Source: an uncultured Actinomycetes bacterium
GTDB lineage: Bacteria > Actinomycetota > Acidimicrobiia > IMCC26256 > DASPTH01
Assembly: GCA_963755855.1 (NCBI GenBank)
Contig: CAVWLR010000002.1
Location: 143,460-207,459 of the forward strand
DNA length: 64,000 nucleotides
Direction: 5' to 3'
Part shown: piece after piece, positions 22,156-32,674 of the stretch
How positions within the stretch are numbered: position 1 is the stretch's first letter
How the letters are laid out: the number at the start of each line of letters is the position of its first letter
Notes under the pieces: generated by a model
The model's database searches: none
The model's input: only the letters and a program-made list of their open reading frames with translations
What the model was told of the DNA's origin: nothing
Made by a program: the position numbers and the translations under genes

Positions 22156-22433
22156 CGCTCGCCGTCGTCGACGTGCCGGACAAGTCGCGCTACGAGCTCC
22201 GCGACGACGGCACCCTCCTCGGCTTCACCGAGTACCAGGAGCGCGACGACGGCGTGCTCGTGTTCCCGCACACGGTGATCACCACGCCGAAGCGGGGCGC
22301 GGGCTACGGCGGAACCCTGGTGCAGGGTGCCCTCGACGACGTGCGGACCAAGGGTCGAACCATCGTCGCCGAGTGCCCGTTCGTGGAGCGCTTCGTCAGC
22401 GAGCACCCCGACTACGCCGACCTCCTGGCCTGA
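22152..22433 (+). CDS. Small GNAT acetyltransferase (YjdJ-like)
   Basis: SRYEL...FPHT...RGAGYG..LV..ALDD...CPFV..F...HPDY; GTGA overlap with the previous gene. Confidence 0.85.
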   Translation: MTLAVVDVPDKSRYELRDDGTLLGFTEYQERDDGVLVFPHTVITTPKRGAGYGGTLVQGALDDVRTKGRTIVAECPFVERFVSEHPDYADLLA

Positions 22434-22503
22434 CCTCCGCCGGGTCCTAGCCTGATGGGCATGACGGGCGCGAACGTGCTCGCGGGCCGGCCCGCTGGGC
22501 GGG

Positions 22504-23483
22504 ATGGTGCCCGACCCGGCGCTCCTGACGCCGGCGACCGAGACGGCGCTCGTGCGCGCCGACGGCCGTCCGCGAGCCGCGGTCCGAGACCGGCTGCGCG
22601 CGATCCCGTCCTGGCGCAACGCGCTGTCGGTGGCGTCGGTGTGGTTCCAGGCGATCGTGATCGTCGGGCGCCGCGGTCTGGTGGGGCAACCCGATCGGAT
22701 ACGTGCTCGCCTTCCTGCTCATGGGCCGCACCGACGCACAGCTGGCGTCGCTCATGCACGAGGCCGCGCACCGGTTGCTGTTCTCGAACCGTCGCGCCAA
22801 CGACTTCGTCGGACGATGGCTGCTCGGCTACCCCACCTTCACCTCGATCGACGCGTACCGACGGGTGCACATGGCGCACCACCGACAGGAGTTCGGGCCC
22901 GACGAGCCCGACATCCCTCTCTACGCCGGGTATCCGATCGGTCGAGCGAGCTTCCGGCGCAAGCTGGTGCGCGACGCGACCGGGCGCACCGGGCTCAAGC
23001 TCTTCCGTCAGCAGCTCGCCGGGTTCCGCTCGCCCGATGCGCGGGTGCGGCAAGACGCTCGGGAAGATCCTGGTCGTCCAGGCCGTGCTGCTCGCGGCCG
23101 CGGTCGTCGGCGGGGTGTGGTGGGTGTACCCGGTGTTCTGGGTGCTCCCGTACCTCACGGTCTGGAGGGTGATCAACCGGCTCCGCTCGATCGCGGAGCA
23201 CGGCGGCATGGACGCGTCCCCCGACCGTCGTGCCACCACGCACTCCGTCCGCCAGTCGTGGTGGTCGCGCACCTTCCTCGTGCCGTTCAACATCGGCTGG
23301 CACCTCGCCCACCACGTCGATGCAGGGGTCTCGATGCGTCACCTCCCGGAGTACCACCGGGCGCTGCGCGAGTCGGGCTACGTCACACCCGAGCTCGAGC
23401 ACCCGAGCTACCACGCGCTCTGGCGTGCCCTCCGGTCAGACCCCGCGTCGGGGAAACCGACGCCGAGGACGTCCAGTACGTAA
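22504..23483 (+). CDS. Membrane fatty acid desaturase family protein (frameshifted)
   Basis: Histidine boxes HEAAH, HMAHH, AEH and HLAHH. Confidence 0.85.
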
Positions 23484-23493
23484 GCTCAGGGTC

Positions 23494-23939
23494 GTGGAGC
23501 ACTGGTTCCAGAACACTCGCGGGCTGGTGATCATCGGGCTCGCCGTCCTCACGTGCGTCGTCCTGCTGGCGATCGAGCCCGGCGACGGCTTCCCCACGGG
23601 CGCGACGCAGCCCGTCGGGCGGTGGCGACACCACCGTCACCACGACCGTCACCACGGCGCCACAGGCGACCACCACCACCTCCGCGTCGGCCACGCCGCC
23701 GACGATCGCAGGAAGGCACCGCCGACACCGCCAACACGACGGTGCTGCAGCAGCGGCTGGCCGCGCTGGGCTACACGGTCACCCCCGACGGTGACTTCGG
23801 GCCCGCCACCACCACCGCGGTCAAGCAGTTCCAGACCTCGAAGGGGCTGCCGTCGACCGGCACCGTCGACGCCGCGACCTGGAGGGCCCTCCTGGCCAAC
23901 CCGTCGACGACCGGCGCGACGACCACCACCAAGCCCTGA
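23494..23939 (+). CDS. Membrane-anchored Thr-rich protein with peptidoglycan-binding domain (frameshifted)
   Basis: N-terminal TM; LQQRLAALGY...DGDFGPAT..AVKQFQ..KGL..TGTVD..TW. Confidence 0.8.
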
Positions 23940-23977
23940 CCCATCCCGTCCGGGTCTCACGGATCGGCCGCACCCGG

Positions 23978-24016
23978 GCCCGGACGCGACGACGGCGCCC
24001 GTCGGAACGGGCGCCG
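23978..24016 (-). terminator. Terminator-like hairpin
   Basis: CGGCGCCCGT-CGGA-ACGGGCGCCG stem; minus-strand tail TCGTCGCGTCCGGGC is identical to the tail at 43248-43262. Confidence 0.65.
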
Positions 24017-24075
24017 GAGGTTCGTCGACGTGCATCGTGCGCCGCGAGCGGCGCCGCCGTCGGCCGAGCGGGTGC

Positions 24076-24279
24076 TCAGTTCACCGAGGCGGCACCTGCG
24101 AGCACGAGGTCGGCGTGCACCCGGAAGTGGTTGGCCCTCGACACGCGAGGCGACCGGGGGGCGCACATCGCGAGGTAGTTGGCGAGGGGTCCGGACATCG
24201 GGCCGGGAGCTTCGAACACGGTGTCGTGCTCCCAGTGGGTGGGTGGGTACTCGGTCGTGGGCTCGAAGTCGTCGCTCAC
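24076..24279 (-). CDS. Small hypothetical protein (~67 aa)
   Basis: GAGAGGAG RBS before GTG; MSDDFEPTTEYPPTHWEHDTVFEAPGPMSGPLANYLAMC...; hairpin downstream. Confidence 0.6.
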   Translation of the reverse strand: MSDDFEPTTEYPPTHWEHDTVFEAPGPMSGPLANYLAMCAPRSPRVSRANHFRVHADLVLAGAASVN

Positions 24280-24407
24280 GATCGCTCCTCTCTGCAGGTT
24301 CACAAGGATCAAGATACGGAGGCCTTGTAAACGCAGCGTGTCCAGCCCGCGACGGGGCGTCGACCAGTGGGGAACGACTTCCTGGCGGTCGGCGCCCGCA
24401 TCGTCCG

Positions 24408-24472
24408 CCGATTCCACGCCGGATCCGAGCCGGATCCGAGCCGGTTCCGTGCCGATTCCGTACCGATCCGAG
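24408..24472. repeat. Six tandem degenerate 11-bp direct repeats in the divergent promoter region
   Basis: CCGATTCCACG CCGGATCCGAG CCGGATCCGAG CCGGTTCCGTG CCGATTCCGTA CCGATCCGAG. Confidence 0.75.
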
Positions 24473-24507
24473 CGTCGTCGTCACACCCAACCGTTACTGT
24501 CGCAACG

Positions 24508-25957
24508 ATGGAGCAGGCCATGGAGCAGGCGTCGTTCGGCTTCGCCGAGGAGGTCGAGGAAGAGACGACGTACTCGGTCGTCCAGCTCAACTCGATGGTG
24601 GGCGAGGCGGTGCGGCGGGCCCAGCCCGACGAGGTCTGGGTGAAGGGCGAGGTCCAGAACCTCCGCACCCGCAACGGTCACACCTACTTCAAGCTGGTGG
24701 AGAAGGCGGGCCGGGGCGACCGGATCCAGGGTCGCATCGACGTCGCCCTCTTCAGTGATGACGCGCCGAAGGTGCGCCGCGCGCTGAAGGAGGTGCCGGG
24801 CGCGCGCCTGGCCGACGACGTCGAGGTGCGCATCCGGGGGCGAGTGCGGATCTATCCGCCCACGGGCCAGTACCAGCTGGTGATGACCGGCATCGACCCG
24901 GTGTTCACGGTCGGCGCGCTCGCAGCCAACCGCGAGCGGGTCCTCCAGGTGCTCGCCGACGAGCGCCTGCTCGGGCGTCAACGCCGCCATCGACCTGCCG
25001 GTGGTGCCGTTGCGGATCGGGTTGATCACCAGCGAGGGCAGCGCCGCCTACCACGACTTCGTCGACGAGCTGCTGCGCTCGAGCTACGCGTGGAGGGTCG
25101 GCGTCGTCGACGTCGCGGTGCAGAGCGCCGGCGCAGCCCAGCGCATCAAGTGGGCGCTCGGTCAGCTGGCGCAGACGAACGTCGACGTCGTGGTGCTGGC
25201 ACGGGGCGGCGGGTCGCGTGCCGACCTCGCTCCGTTCGACACCGAGCTGGTGGCGCGGGCGATCGCAGCGATGCCGGTGCCGGTCTTCACCGGGGTCGGC
25301 CACGAGATCGACCGCAGCGTCGCCGACGAGGTCGCGCACACCGCGTGCAAGACACCCACCGCCTGTGCGCAGCTGCTCGTGCGTCAGATCGACGACTTCG
25401 TCGCCGGTCTCGACCAGGCGTCGGCGCGGGTCGCCGCGCGCGCCCGCCAGCGGATGGCCGTCGCCGGGCGCGAGCTCGACGACGCGGCCCGCCGGACGCG
25501 CCGGAGCGCGACCACCGCCGTCTCCCGCGAGCAGACCCGGCTCGACCGCTCGCACGGCCGGCTCGACGAGCTGGCCCGACGCCGCACCACCGAGCTCACG
25601 ACCGCGCTCGATGCGTGCGCGCGCCGGATGGCCGAGCTCGGCCGCCGCGCCACGCGCGACCGGCGCGCGGCGCTCGTGGCGCGGGAGCGCGCCGTCGTCA
25701 CGCACGCGCAGCACCACCTCGACCGGGCCGGGTTGCGGCTCACGTCGAGCGAGGCGGTCGTGCGCGCGCTCGATCCGCGCCGCGTGCTCGAGCGCGGCTA
25801 CTCGATCACGCGCGACGAGCACGGTCGTGTGCTCAGGAGCGCGGAGTCGGTGGCCGCGGGCACGCTCGTCGACACCGAATTGGCCGCCGGCCGCGTCACC
25901 AGCCGGGTCGAGTCCACTACTCCGCCAGAGGTCACCACGCAGGAGGGCACCAGTTGA
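24508..25957 (+). CDS. xseA: Exodeoxyribonuclease VII large subunit (frameshift near 24975)
   Basis: VWVKGEVQN..GHTYF OB-fold, IGLITS..SAAYHD, RGGGS, GVGHEID and KTPTA. Confidence 0.95.
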
Positions 25958-26166
25958 CTGACGAGATCGGGTACGCCGACGCCATGCGCGAGCTCGACGA
26001 CATCCTCGAGGAGCTCGAACGCGACGATCTCGACGTCGACATCCTCGCCACGCGCGTCCAGCGGGCGAGCGAGCTCATCCGTCTCTGTCGCGGGCGGATC
26101 GCCCGGGCCCAGGCCGACGTCGACCGCGTCGTCACCGACCTGGAGTCGCTCGAACAGGAATCGTGA
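25954..26166 (+). CDS. xseB: Exodeoxyribonuclease VII small subunit
   Basis: YADAMRELDDILEELE...L...C; TTGA overlap with xseA; AGGAGG RBS. Confidence 0.9.
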   Translation: MTDEIGYADAMRELDDILEELERDDLDVDILATRVQRASELIRLCRGRIARAQADVDRVVTDLESLEQES

Positions 26167-26192
26167 TCGCCGCCGTGCGCGGCGATCGGTGA

Positions 26193-26957
26193 CTACACCT
26201 TCTGGCCGGTGAGCTTCCGGTTCTTGAACTGCGCCTTCACGTAGTCACGGTTCAGGAGGGCGATGAAGTCGATGCTGATCTCCTTCGGGCACGCCTTCTC
26301 GCACTCACCGTGGTTGGTGCAGGAGCCGAAGTAGCTCTCCATCACCTCGACCATGTTGATCACCCGCTCGTAGCGCTGGGGCTGGCCCTGCGGCAGGAGA
26401 CCGAGGTGCGAGACCTTGGCCGCGGTGAACAACTGGGCGGCCCCGTTGGGGCACGCGGCCACGCACGCGCCGCAACCGATGCACGCCGCAGCGTCCATCG
26501 CGGCGTCGGCTGCCTCCTTGGGCACCAGGATCAGGTTGGCGTCCGGGGCGCTGCCGGTGGGGGCGCTGATGTAGCCGCCCGCCTCGACGATGCGGTCGAA
26601 CGCGCTGCGGTCGACGACGAGGTCACGGATGATCGGGAACGCGGCCGCCCGCCAGGGCTCGACCACGATCTCGTCGCCGTCGCTGAACTTGCGCATGTGG
26701 AGCTGGCAGGTCGCGGTGCCCTCGGACGGACCGTGCGCACGGCCGTTGATCATCATCGAGCACGAGCCGCAGATTCCCTCGCGGCAGTCGTGGTCGAACG
26801 CGATCGGCTCACCGCCTGCGGCGACCAACCGGTCGTTGATCACGTCGAACATCTCGAGGAACGACATCTCGGGGCTGATGCCGGTGGCGTCGATGTCCTC
26901 GAACGCGCCGGGGGCATCGGTGCCCGCCTGGCGCCAGACGCGGAGCTTGAGGTCCAT
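26193..26957 (-). CDS. sdhB: Succinate dehydrogenase/fumarate reductase Fe-S subunit
   Basis: [21 protein letters not shown] and [12 protein letters not shown]. Confidence 0.95.
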   Translation of the reverse strand: MDLKLRVWRQAGTDAPGAFEDIDATGISPEMSFLEMFDVINDRLVAAGGEPIAFDHDCREGICGSCSMMINGRAHGPSEGTATCQLHMRKFSDGDEIVVEPWRAAAFPIIRDLVVDRSAFDRIVEAGGYISAPTGSAPDANLILVPKEAADAAMDAAACIGCGACVAACPNGAAQLFTAAKVSHLGLLPQGQPQRYERVINMVEVMESYFGSCTNHGECEKACPKEISIDFIALLNRDYVKAQFKNRKLTGQKV

Positions 26958-27002
26958 GGTGTGTGTCGGCCCTTCCGGATCTCGTGACTGCTGGTGCGCC
27001 GG

Positions 27003-28928
27003 CTACTTGTAGCTGCGCTGGGCGAGGTGGACGTACTCGAACTCGAGCGCTTCCTTGTGCAGCGTCGGTGCGCTGCCCACGCCCTCGAACTCCCACGCGG
27101 CGACGTGCGAGAAGTGCTCGTCGTCGCGCAGCGCCTCACCTTCCTCGGTCTGGTGCTCGACCCGCAGGTGACCACCGCACGACTCCTCACGGGTGAGGGC
27201 GTCGAGGCAGAGCAGCTCGCCGAACTCGAGGAAGTCGGCGACGCGGCCGGCCTTCTCCAGCGACTGGTTGAGCGTCGCAGCGCTGCCGGGGACCTTGACG
27301 TCGGCGTAGAACTCCTCCCGCAGAGCGCGGGGATGTCGGTGAGCGCCTTCTCCAGCGACTGCTGGCTGCGCGCCATGCCGCAGTTGTCCCAGAGGATGTT
27401 GCCGAGCTCGCGGTGGAAGTGGTCGACGGAGTGCTTGCCGTTCACCGACATGAACCGCTTGGTCTGGTCGGCGACGGCACCCTCGGCCTGCTTGAACGCA
27501 GGATCGTCGACCGGCACCGGTGCGGTGCCGAGCTGGGGTGCCAGGTAGTCGGAGATGGTCGACGGGAGCACGAAGTAGCCGTCGGCCAGGCCCTGCATCA
27601 GCGCGCTGGCGCCGAGGCGGTTGGCGCCCTGGTCGGCGAAGTTCGCCTCGCCGAGCACGTACAGGCCCGGGCACGTTGCTCATGAGGTTGTAGTCGACCC
27701 AGAGCCCGCCCATCGTGTAGTGGATCGCGGGGTAGATCCGCATCGGGACCTGGTACGGGTTCTCGTCGGTGATGCGCTCGTACATCTCGAAGAGGTTGCC
27801 GTAGCGCTCCTCGACCACGTCCTGGCCGAGACGCTCGATCGACTCCTGGAAGTCGAGGTACACGCCGTTCTTCTGCGGCCCGACGCCGCGGCCGGCGTCG
27901 ACCTCGGTCTTGATCGCGCGCGACGCGACGTCGCGTGGCACGAGGTTGCCGAACGCGGGGTAGCGGCGCTCGAGGAAGTAGTCGCGGTCGTCGAGCGGGA
28001 TCTGGTCGGGGGAGCGCGGGTCGTCGAGCTGCTTCGGGATCCACACCCGGCCGTCGTTGCGCAGCGACTCCGACATCAGCGTGAGCTTCGACTGGAAGTC
28101 GTCGCTGCGCGGGATGCACGTGGGGTGGATCTGGGTGAAGCACGGGTTGGCGAAGAGCGCGCCGCGCTTGTGGGCCCGCCACGCGGCGGTGACGTTGCTG
28201 GCCTTGGCGTTGGTCGACAGGTAGTAGGCGTTGCCGTAGCCGCCGGTGCAGAGCGCCACCGCGTGGGCCGACCACGACTGCACCGCGCCGGTGGTGAGGT
28301 CGCGGGTGACGATGCCGGCGGCGCGGCCGTCCTTCACGACGAGGTCGAGCATCTCGCTGCGGGTGAACAGCTCGACGGTGCCCCGGGCGACCTGGTGCGC
28401 GAGCGCCTGGTACGCGCCGAGCAGCAGCTGCTGACCGGTCTGGCCACGCGCGTAGAACGTGCGCGACACCTGCGCGCCGCCGAACGAGCGGTTGTCGAGC
28501 AGGCCGCCGTACTCGCGGGCGAAGGGCACGCCCTGCGCCACGCACTGGTCGATGATGTTGACGCTCACCTCGGCGAGCCGGTACACGTTGCCTTCACGGG
28601 CGCGGAAGTCGCCGCCCTTGACGGTGTCGTAGAAGAGGCGGTACACGCTGTCGCCGTCGTTCGGGTAGTTCTTCGCCGCGTTGATGCCGCCCTGCGCGGC
28701 GATGCTGTGCGCGCGACGCGGCGTGTCGTGGAACGTGAAGAGCTTCACGCGGTAGCCGAGCTCGCCGAGCGTCGCCGCGGCGGCGGCACCGGCGAGGCCA
28801 CTGCCCACGACGATGACCTCGAAGCGCCGCTTGTTGGCGGGGTTCACCAGCTTCACGTCGAACTTGTGCTGCGACCACTTCTCTGCGATCGGACCCTCGG
28901 GGATCCGGGCGTCGAGCTCACCGATCAT
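27003..28928 (-). CDS. sdhA: Succinate dehydrogenase/fumarate reductase flavoprotein (two frameshifts)
   Basis: [33 protein letters not shown] and REESCGGH. Confidence 0.95.
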   Translation of the reverse strand: MIGELDARIPEGPIAEKWSQHKFDVKLVNPANKRRFEVIVVGSGLAGAAAAATLGELGYRVKLFTFHDTPRRAHSIAAQGGINAAKNYPNDGDSVYRLFYDTVKGGDFRAREGNVYRLAEVSVNIIDQCVAQGVPFAREYGGLLDNRSFGGAQVSRTFYARGQTGQQLLLGAYQALAHQVARGTVELFTRSEMLDLVVKDGRAAGIVTRDLTTGAVQSWSAHAVALCTGGYGNAYYLSTNAKASNVTAAWRAHKRGALFANPCFTQIHPTCIPRSDDFQSKLTLMSESLRNDGRVWIPKQLDDPRSPDQIPLDDRDYFLERRYPAFGNLVPRDVASRAIKTEVDAGRGVGPQKNGVYLDFQESIERLGQDVVEERYGNLFEMYERITDENPYQVPMRIYPAIHYTMGGLWVDYNLMSNVPGPVRARRGELRRPGRQPPRRQRADAGPGRRLLRAPVDHLRLPGTPARHRTGAGRRSCVQAGRGCRRRPDQAVHVGERQALRRPLPPRARQHPLGQLRHGAQPAVAGEGAHRHPRALREEFYADVKVPGSAATLNQSLEKAGRVADFLEFGELLCLDALTREESCGGHLRVEHQTEEGEALRDDEHFSHVAAWEFEGVGSAPTLHKEALEFEYVHLAQRSYK

Positions 28929-29719
28929 TTCGTCACCACCCCGGTCGTGATGAGCAACGGCATGCTGATGTTGCCCACCGTGATGACGACCGCGAATGCG
29001 ATCGCGAAGTAGCGGCGCCAGATGTTCCAGCGCGGGTTGTTGAGGCCGAGGCTCTGGAACATGCTCCACGCGCCGTGGAAGATGTGGAACCCGAGCGCCA
29101 ACATGCAGACGATGTAGATGATCGCCACCGGCACGCGGTCGAAGCTGGCGAACAGGTTGTCGTAGGGATCGCCGCGCACGAAGTGCGGGTTCGCCGGACC
29201 CCACGTGAGGTCGGCGAGGTGGAAGATGATGAAGAGCCCGACGATGATCCCGGTCCAGCGCATCGTGCGCGACGCGAAGTTCGCGGCGACGTAGTCGCGC
29301 TTCGACTGGTACCGCGTGGGCCGCGCCTTCTGGTTCATCCGCGTGAGCTGGTACGCGGCGACGATGTGCACCACGAACGCGCCGATGAGCACGATCCGCA
29401 CGGTCCAGAGCAGCACCGTGCGCGGCAACGCCGGTTCGCCGAGCGTGCGCAGCCACTCGCCGTAGGTGTTCAGGTGCTCCTTGCCCAAGAACACCTTGAG
29501 GTTGCCGATCATGTGGACCAGCACGAAGCCGAGCAGGATGATCCCGCTGATGGCCATCAGCCACTTCTTGCCGACTGCCGATCGCCAGAAGCGCACCAGG
29601 AAGTGACCCTGGGGACGCGCGGACGGGACCGGGGGACCCGTGTACCGCGCCAGCACGTCGGCGTCGTCGGCGCCGGCGTTCTGAGCGGCGGTCGAGACCT
29701 CTTCCTCCACCTTCGCCAT
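28925..29719 (-). CDS. sdhC: Succinate dehydrogenase cytochrome b subunit (single-subunit b558 type)
   Basis: [23 protein letters not shown] and HIFHG; five TM segments. Confidence 0.9.
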   Translation of the reverse strand: MAKVEEEVSTAAQNAGADDADVLARYTGPPVPSARPQGHFLVRFWRSAVGKKWLMAISGIILLGFVLVHMIGNLKVFLGKEHLNTYGEWLRTLGEPALPRTVLLWTVRIVLIGAFVVHIVAAYQLTRMNQKARPTRYQSKRDYVAANFASRTMRWTGIIVGLFIIFHLADLTWGPANPHFVRGDPYDNLFASFDRVPVAIIYIVCMLALGFHIFHGAWSMFQSLGLNNPRWNIWRRYFAIAFAVVITVGNISMPLLITTGVVTK

Positions 29720-29757
29720 GTCCCGAAACGTACCTGTCACCGCTTGTGAACAAGGGA

Positions 29758-29775
29758 TTGTGAGATTTTTCTCAA
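29758..29775. promoter_or_regulatory. Rex- or CRP-like operator upstream of sdhCAB
   Basis: TTGTGAGATTTTTCTCAA, two mismatches to TTGTGAA-N4-TTCACAA; extra TTGTGAA half-site at 29744. Confidence 0.55.
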
Positions 29776-30665
29776 ATGGCGGGTGCTCCGGTGCCCGGCC
29801 ACTGGTGGAGCGCGAGCCCGGGCGTGGGCATCCCGGACCAGCAGTAGACGTGGCCCGGGACCCCGGCGTCGACGGCGAACAGGGTGCGGAGATCGTCGCC
29901 GCCGAAGCACAGGTTCGTGCTCACCGGGTGGTCGCCCGGCGACTCCAGCACCTCGACGACGGTGCCGTCGGGCTCGTACACGGTCACGATGTGCCCGCCG
30001 CCGGCCATGTAGATGCGACCATCGGCGTCGACGGCGCCGCCGTCGCCCATGCAGCCGGGCGCGAAGGGCTCACGCGATCCGTCGGTGCGCAGGCGCACGA
30101 ACCCGTGGTGCTCCCCCTGGTGGCCGTTCTCGACGACGATCAGCGTCTCGCCGTCGAGGTCGACGATGATCCCGTTCGGGGCCCAGAAGTCGTCGGCGAC
30201 GAGCCGGAGCGTGCCGTCGGGGAGCAGGGACCAGATGCGTCCGTGCGGAGGATCCGCGGGCGGCCACTGCGGATCGGTGAAGAACACGGTGCCGTCGGCG
30301 CTCACGCAGAGGTCGTTCGGCTGCTGGAGCGGTTCGGGGGTGAGGTACGTCACGTCTCCGTCAGGTGCGACGCGCTGGACGCCCGATCGCACGTGCTCCG
30401 GCGGCGGGAGCTCGCCGAAGATCTGGAACACGGAGAAGTCGATGCCTCCGTTCTGCGTCACCAGGAACCCGCCGTCGGCCGCGAGTGCGGCACCGTTCGC
30501 GCCGCCACCGGTGTGGGCGATCGTCTCGCGCCGACCGGTCGCAGGCCAGACGCGCTCGAGCGTGCCGGCGAGCACGCTGGTGCACACGAGCGTGCCGTCC
30601 GACGGGCACCAGACCGGCCCTTCGCCGAACTCGGGTCCCTCGCAGATCACGTGCGGTCCGTCCAT
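29772..30665 (-). CDS. SMP-30/gluconolactonase family protein
   Basis: GEGPVW, PNDL, PNGI, GDGGAVD and TNLCFGG. Confidence 0.9.
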   Translation of the reverse strand: MDGPHVICEGPEFGEGPVWCPSDGTLVCTSVLAGTLERVWPATGRRETIAHTGGGANGAALAADGGFLVTQNGGIDFSVFQIFGELPPPEHVRSGVQRVAPDGDVTYLTPEPLQQPNDLCVSADGTVFFTDPQWPPADPPHGRIWSLLPDGTLRLVADDFWAPNGIIVDLDGETLIVVENGHQGEHHGFVRLRTDGSREPFAPGCMGDGGAVDADGRIYMAGGGHIVTVYEPDGTVVEVLESPGDHPVSTNLCFGGDDLRTLFAVDAGVPGHVYCWSGMPTPGLALHQWPGTGAPAI

Positions 30666-30799
30666 GCCTCATCCTCCCGCGTGCGCCGATCAGGTGCTGC
30701 GCACGGGTCGAGCACACCGGCGAGGTGCCCTCACCGTGCTCGGCGACCCCGCGGTACGGTGGCCACCGAAGGTCTTTCCCCCAGTCCAGGAGCGTGCGC

Positions 30800-32200
30800 A
30801 TGACCCGTCCGGGAACCCTCGGCGAGCTCAAGGCCGACGGGTGGGTGTCGCGCCCGGTCAAGGAAGAGGTGCGGGCGAACGCGCTGGCGCGCATCGCCGC
30901 CGGCCAGCCGCTGGTCGACGGCGTGATCGGCTACGAGGACACCGTCCTGCCGCAGCTCGAGAACGCGCTCATCGCCGGGCACGACGTGATCTTCCTCGGC
31001 GAGCGCGGCCAGGGGAAGACCCGCATGATCCGGTCGCTCACCGCGCTGCTCGACGAGTGGATGCCGATCGTCGCCGGCAGCGAGATCAACGACGACCCGT
31101 ACGACCCGATCTCCCACCACGCGCGCGTGCTCATCGCCGAGCGCGGCGACGAGACCCCGATCGAGTGGGTGCACCGCGACCGGCGCTTCGGCGAGAAGCT
31201 CGCGACCCCCGACACGTCGATCGCCGACCTCATCGGCGAGGTCGACCCGATCAAGGTCGCCGAGGGCCGCTACCTCTCCGACGAGCTCACCATCCACTAC
31301 GGGCTGGTGCCCCGCACCAACCGCTCGATCTTCTCGATCAACGAGCTCCCCGACCTCGCCGAGCGCATCCAGGTGGGTCTGCTCAACGTGCTCGAGGAGC
31401 GCGACGTCCAGATCCGCGGCTACAAGGTGCGCCTCCCGATCGACCTCATGCTGCTCGCGTCGGCGAACCCCGAGGACTACACGAACCGCGGCCGCATCAT
31501 CACGCCGCTGAAGGACCGCTTCGGGGCGCAGATCCGCACCCACTACCCGCTCGACGCCGAGCTCGAGGCCGCGGTCGTCGAGCAGGAGGCGCGTCCGCTC
31601 ACCGCCGACGGCCTCAACGTGCAGGTGCCGGCGTTCATGACCGAGATCGTCGCCGAGATGAGCCAGCAGGCCCGCCGCTCGCCGCACATCAACCAGCGCT
31701 CGGGCGTGTCGGTGCGACTCTCGATCGCCAACTACGAGACGCTCGTCGCCAACGCCACCCGTCGCTCGCTGCGCCACGGCGAGACCGAGGTCGTGCCCCG
31801 CGTGAGCGACCTCGACGCGCTGGTCGCGAGCACCGCGGGCAAGGTCGAGTTCGAGACCGTCGACGACGGTCGCGAGGAGCAGGTCCTCGACCGCATCGTG
31901 AAGGCGGCGATCCTCGAGACGTTCCGGGCCCGCACCCGGCCCGAGAAGCTCACCGACGTCGTCACCGCGTTCGAGAGCGGCCTGGTGGTGCACACCGGCG
32001 ACGACATCGCGTCGTCGGAGTACGCCAAGCTCCTCACCGACGTCCCCGCGCTCCGCACGACGCTCGCCGACCTCGAGGTGGGGGAGACGCCGGCCGGCGT
32101 CGCCTCGGCCACCGAGTTCGTGCTCGAGGGCCTGCACCTCTCCAAGCGGCTGAACAAGGACGCCCTCGGCGGGCGCGCCGCCTACCGCGGCCGGGGCTGA
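30800..32200 (+). CDS. Mg-chelatase/MoxR-like AAA+ ATPase (Rv0958-like)
   Basis: GERGQGKT, INELPDL and NPEDYTNRGRIITPLKDRF. Confidence 0.9.
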   Translation: MTRPGTLGELKADGWVSRPVKEEVRANALARIAAGQPLVDGVIGYEDTVLPQLENALIAGHDVIFLGERGQGKTRMIRSLTALLDEWMPIVAGSEINDDPYDPISHHARVLIAERGDETPIEWVHRDRRFGEKLATPDTSIADLIGEVDPIKVAEGRYLSDELTIHYGLVPRTNRSIFSINELPDLAERIQVGLLNVLEERDVQIRGYKVRLPIDLMLLASANPEDYTNRGRIITPLKDRFGAQIRTHYPLDAELEAAVVEQEARPLTADGLNVQVPAFMTEIVAEMSQQARRSPHINQRSGVSVRLSIANYETLVANATRRSLRHGETEVVPRVSDLDALVASTAGKVEFETVDDGREEQVLDRIVKAAILETFRARTRPEKLTDVVTAFESGLVVHTGDDIASSEYAKLLTDVPALRTTLADLEVGETPAGVASATEFVLEGLHLSKRLNKDALGGRAAYRGRG

Positions 32201-32233
32201 CCGACCGACCGACCCGGCGGACGAGCGGGCGGG

Positions 32234-32620
32234 TCACATCCCGCCGGAGCCGTCCTGGTTCTGCTTGTAGAGGTCGCAGCCGTCGGCGGCGCGCCGGTTC
32301 ACGTTCTCGACCGCGCTCTTGATCTTCGGGTTGTCGACGACGGTCTTGTCGCCGTCGGCGCGACGTTCCATCGCGTCGAGGTAGGTCTGCGCGTCGGACG
32401 CGATGTCCTTCGGCGCGTGCTCGGCCATCTCCCGCACGAGATCGGTCTGCCGGTCGATCTTCCCGATGAGCTTCGGGAGGTTGGTGTCGTAGTCGTAGGC
32501 GGCCTGGCAGAACGCCTTGCTCGGCGTGGGCAGCGACGACGAGTTGTCGTCGCCGGAACAGGCGGTGAGGGCGGCGGCGAGGAGCCCGAGGGCGACGACC
32601 GCTCGCAGCCAGCGCCGCAT
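32234..32620 (-). CDS. Lipoprotein of unknown function
   Basis: Lipobox LTAC; small helical domain with AFC...C cysteine pair. Confidence 0.75.
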   Translation of the reverse strand: MRRWLRAVVALGLLAAALTACSGDDNSSSLPTPSKAFCQAAYDYDTNLPKLIGKIDRQTDLVREMAEHAPKDIASDAQTYLDAMERRADGDKTVVDNPKIKSAVENVNRRAADGCDLYKQNQDGSGGM

Positions 32621-32674
32621 CCCCGCATTGTGGTCCCTGCCCGGGCCGGGAACGCGAACCGGTACGGTGGATCC

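Noticed and set aside
27003-29753. SdhC-SdhA fusion (916-aa ORF)
   Set aside because: The N-terminal part is an off-frame reading of sdhC; sdhA starts at 28928 with an ATGA overlap.
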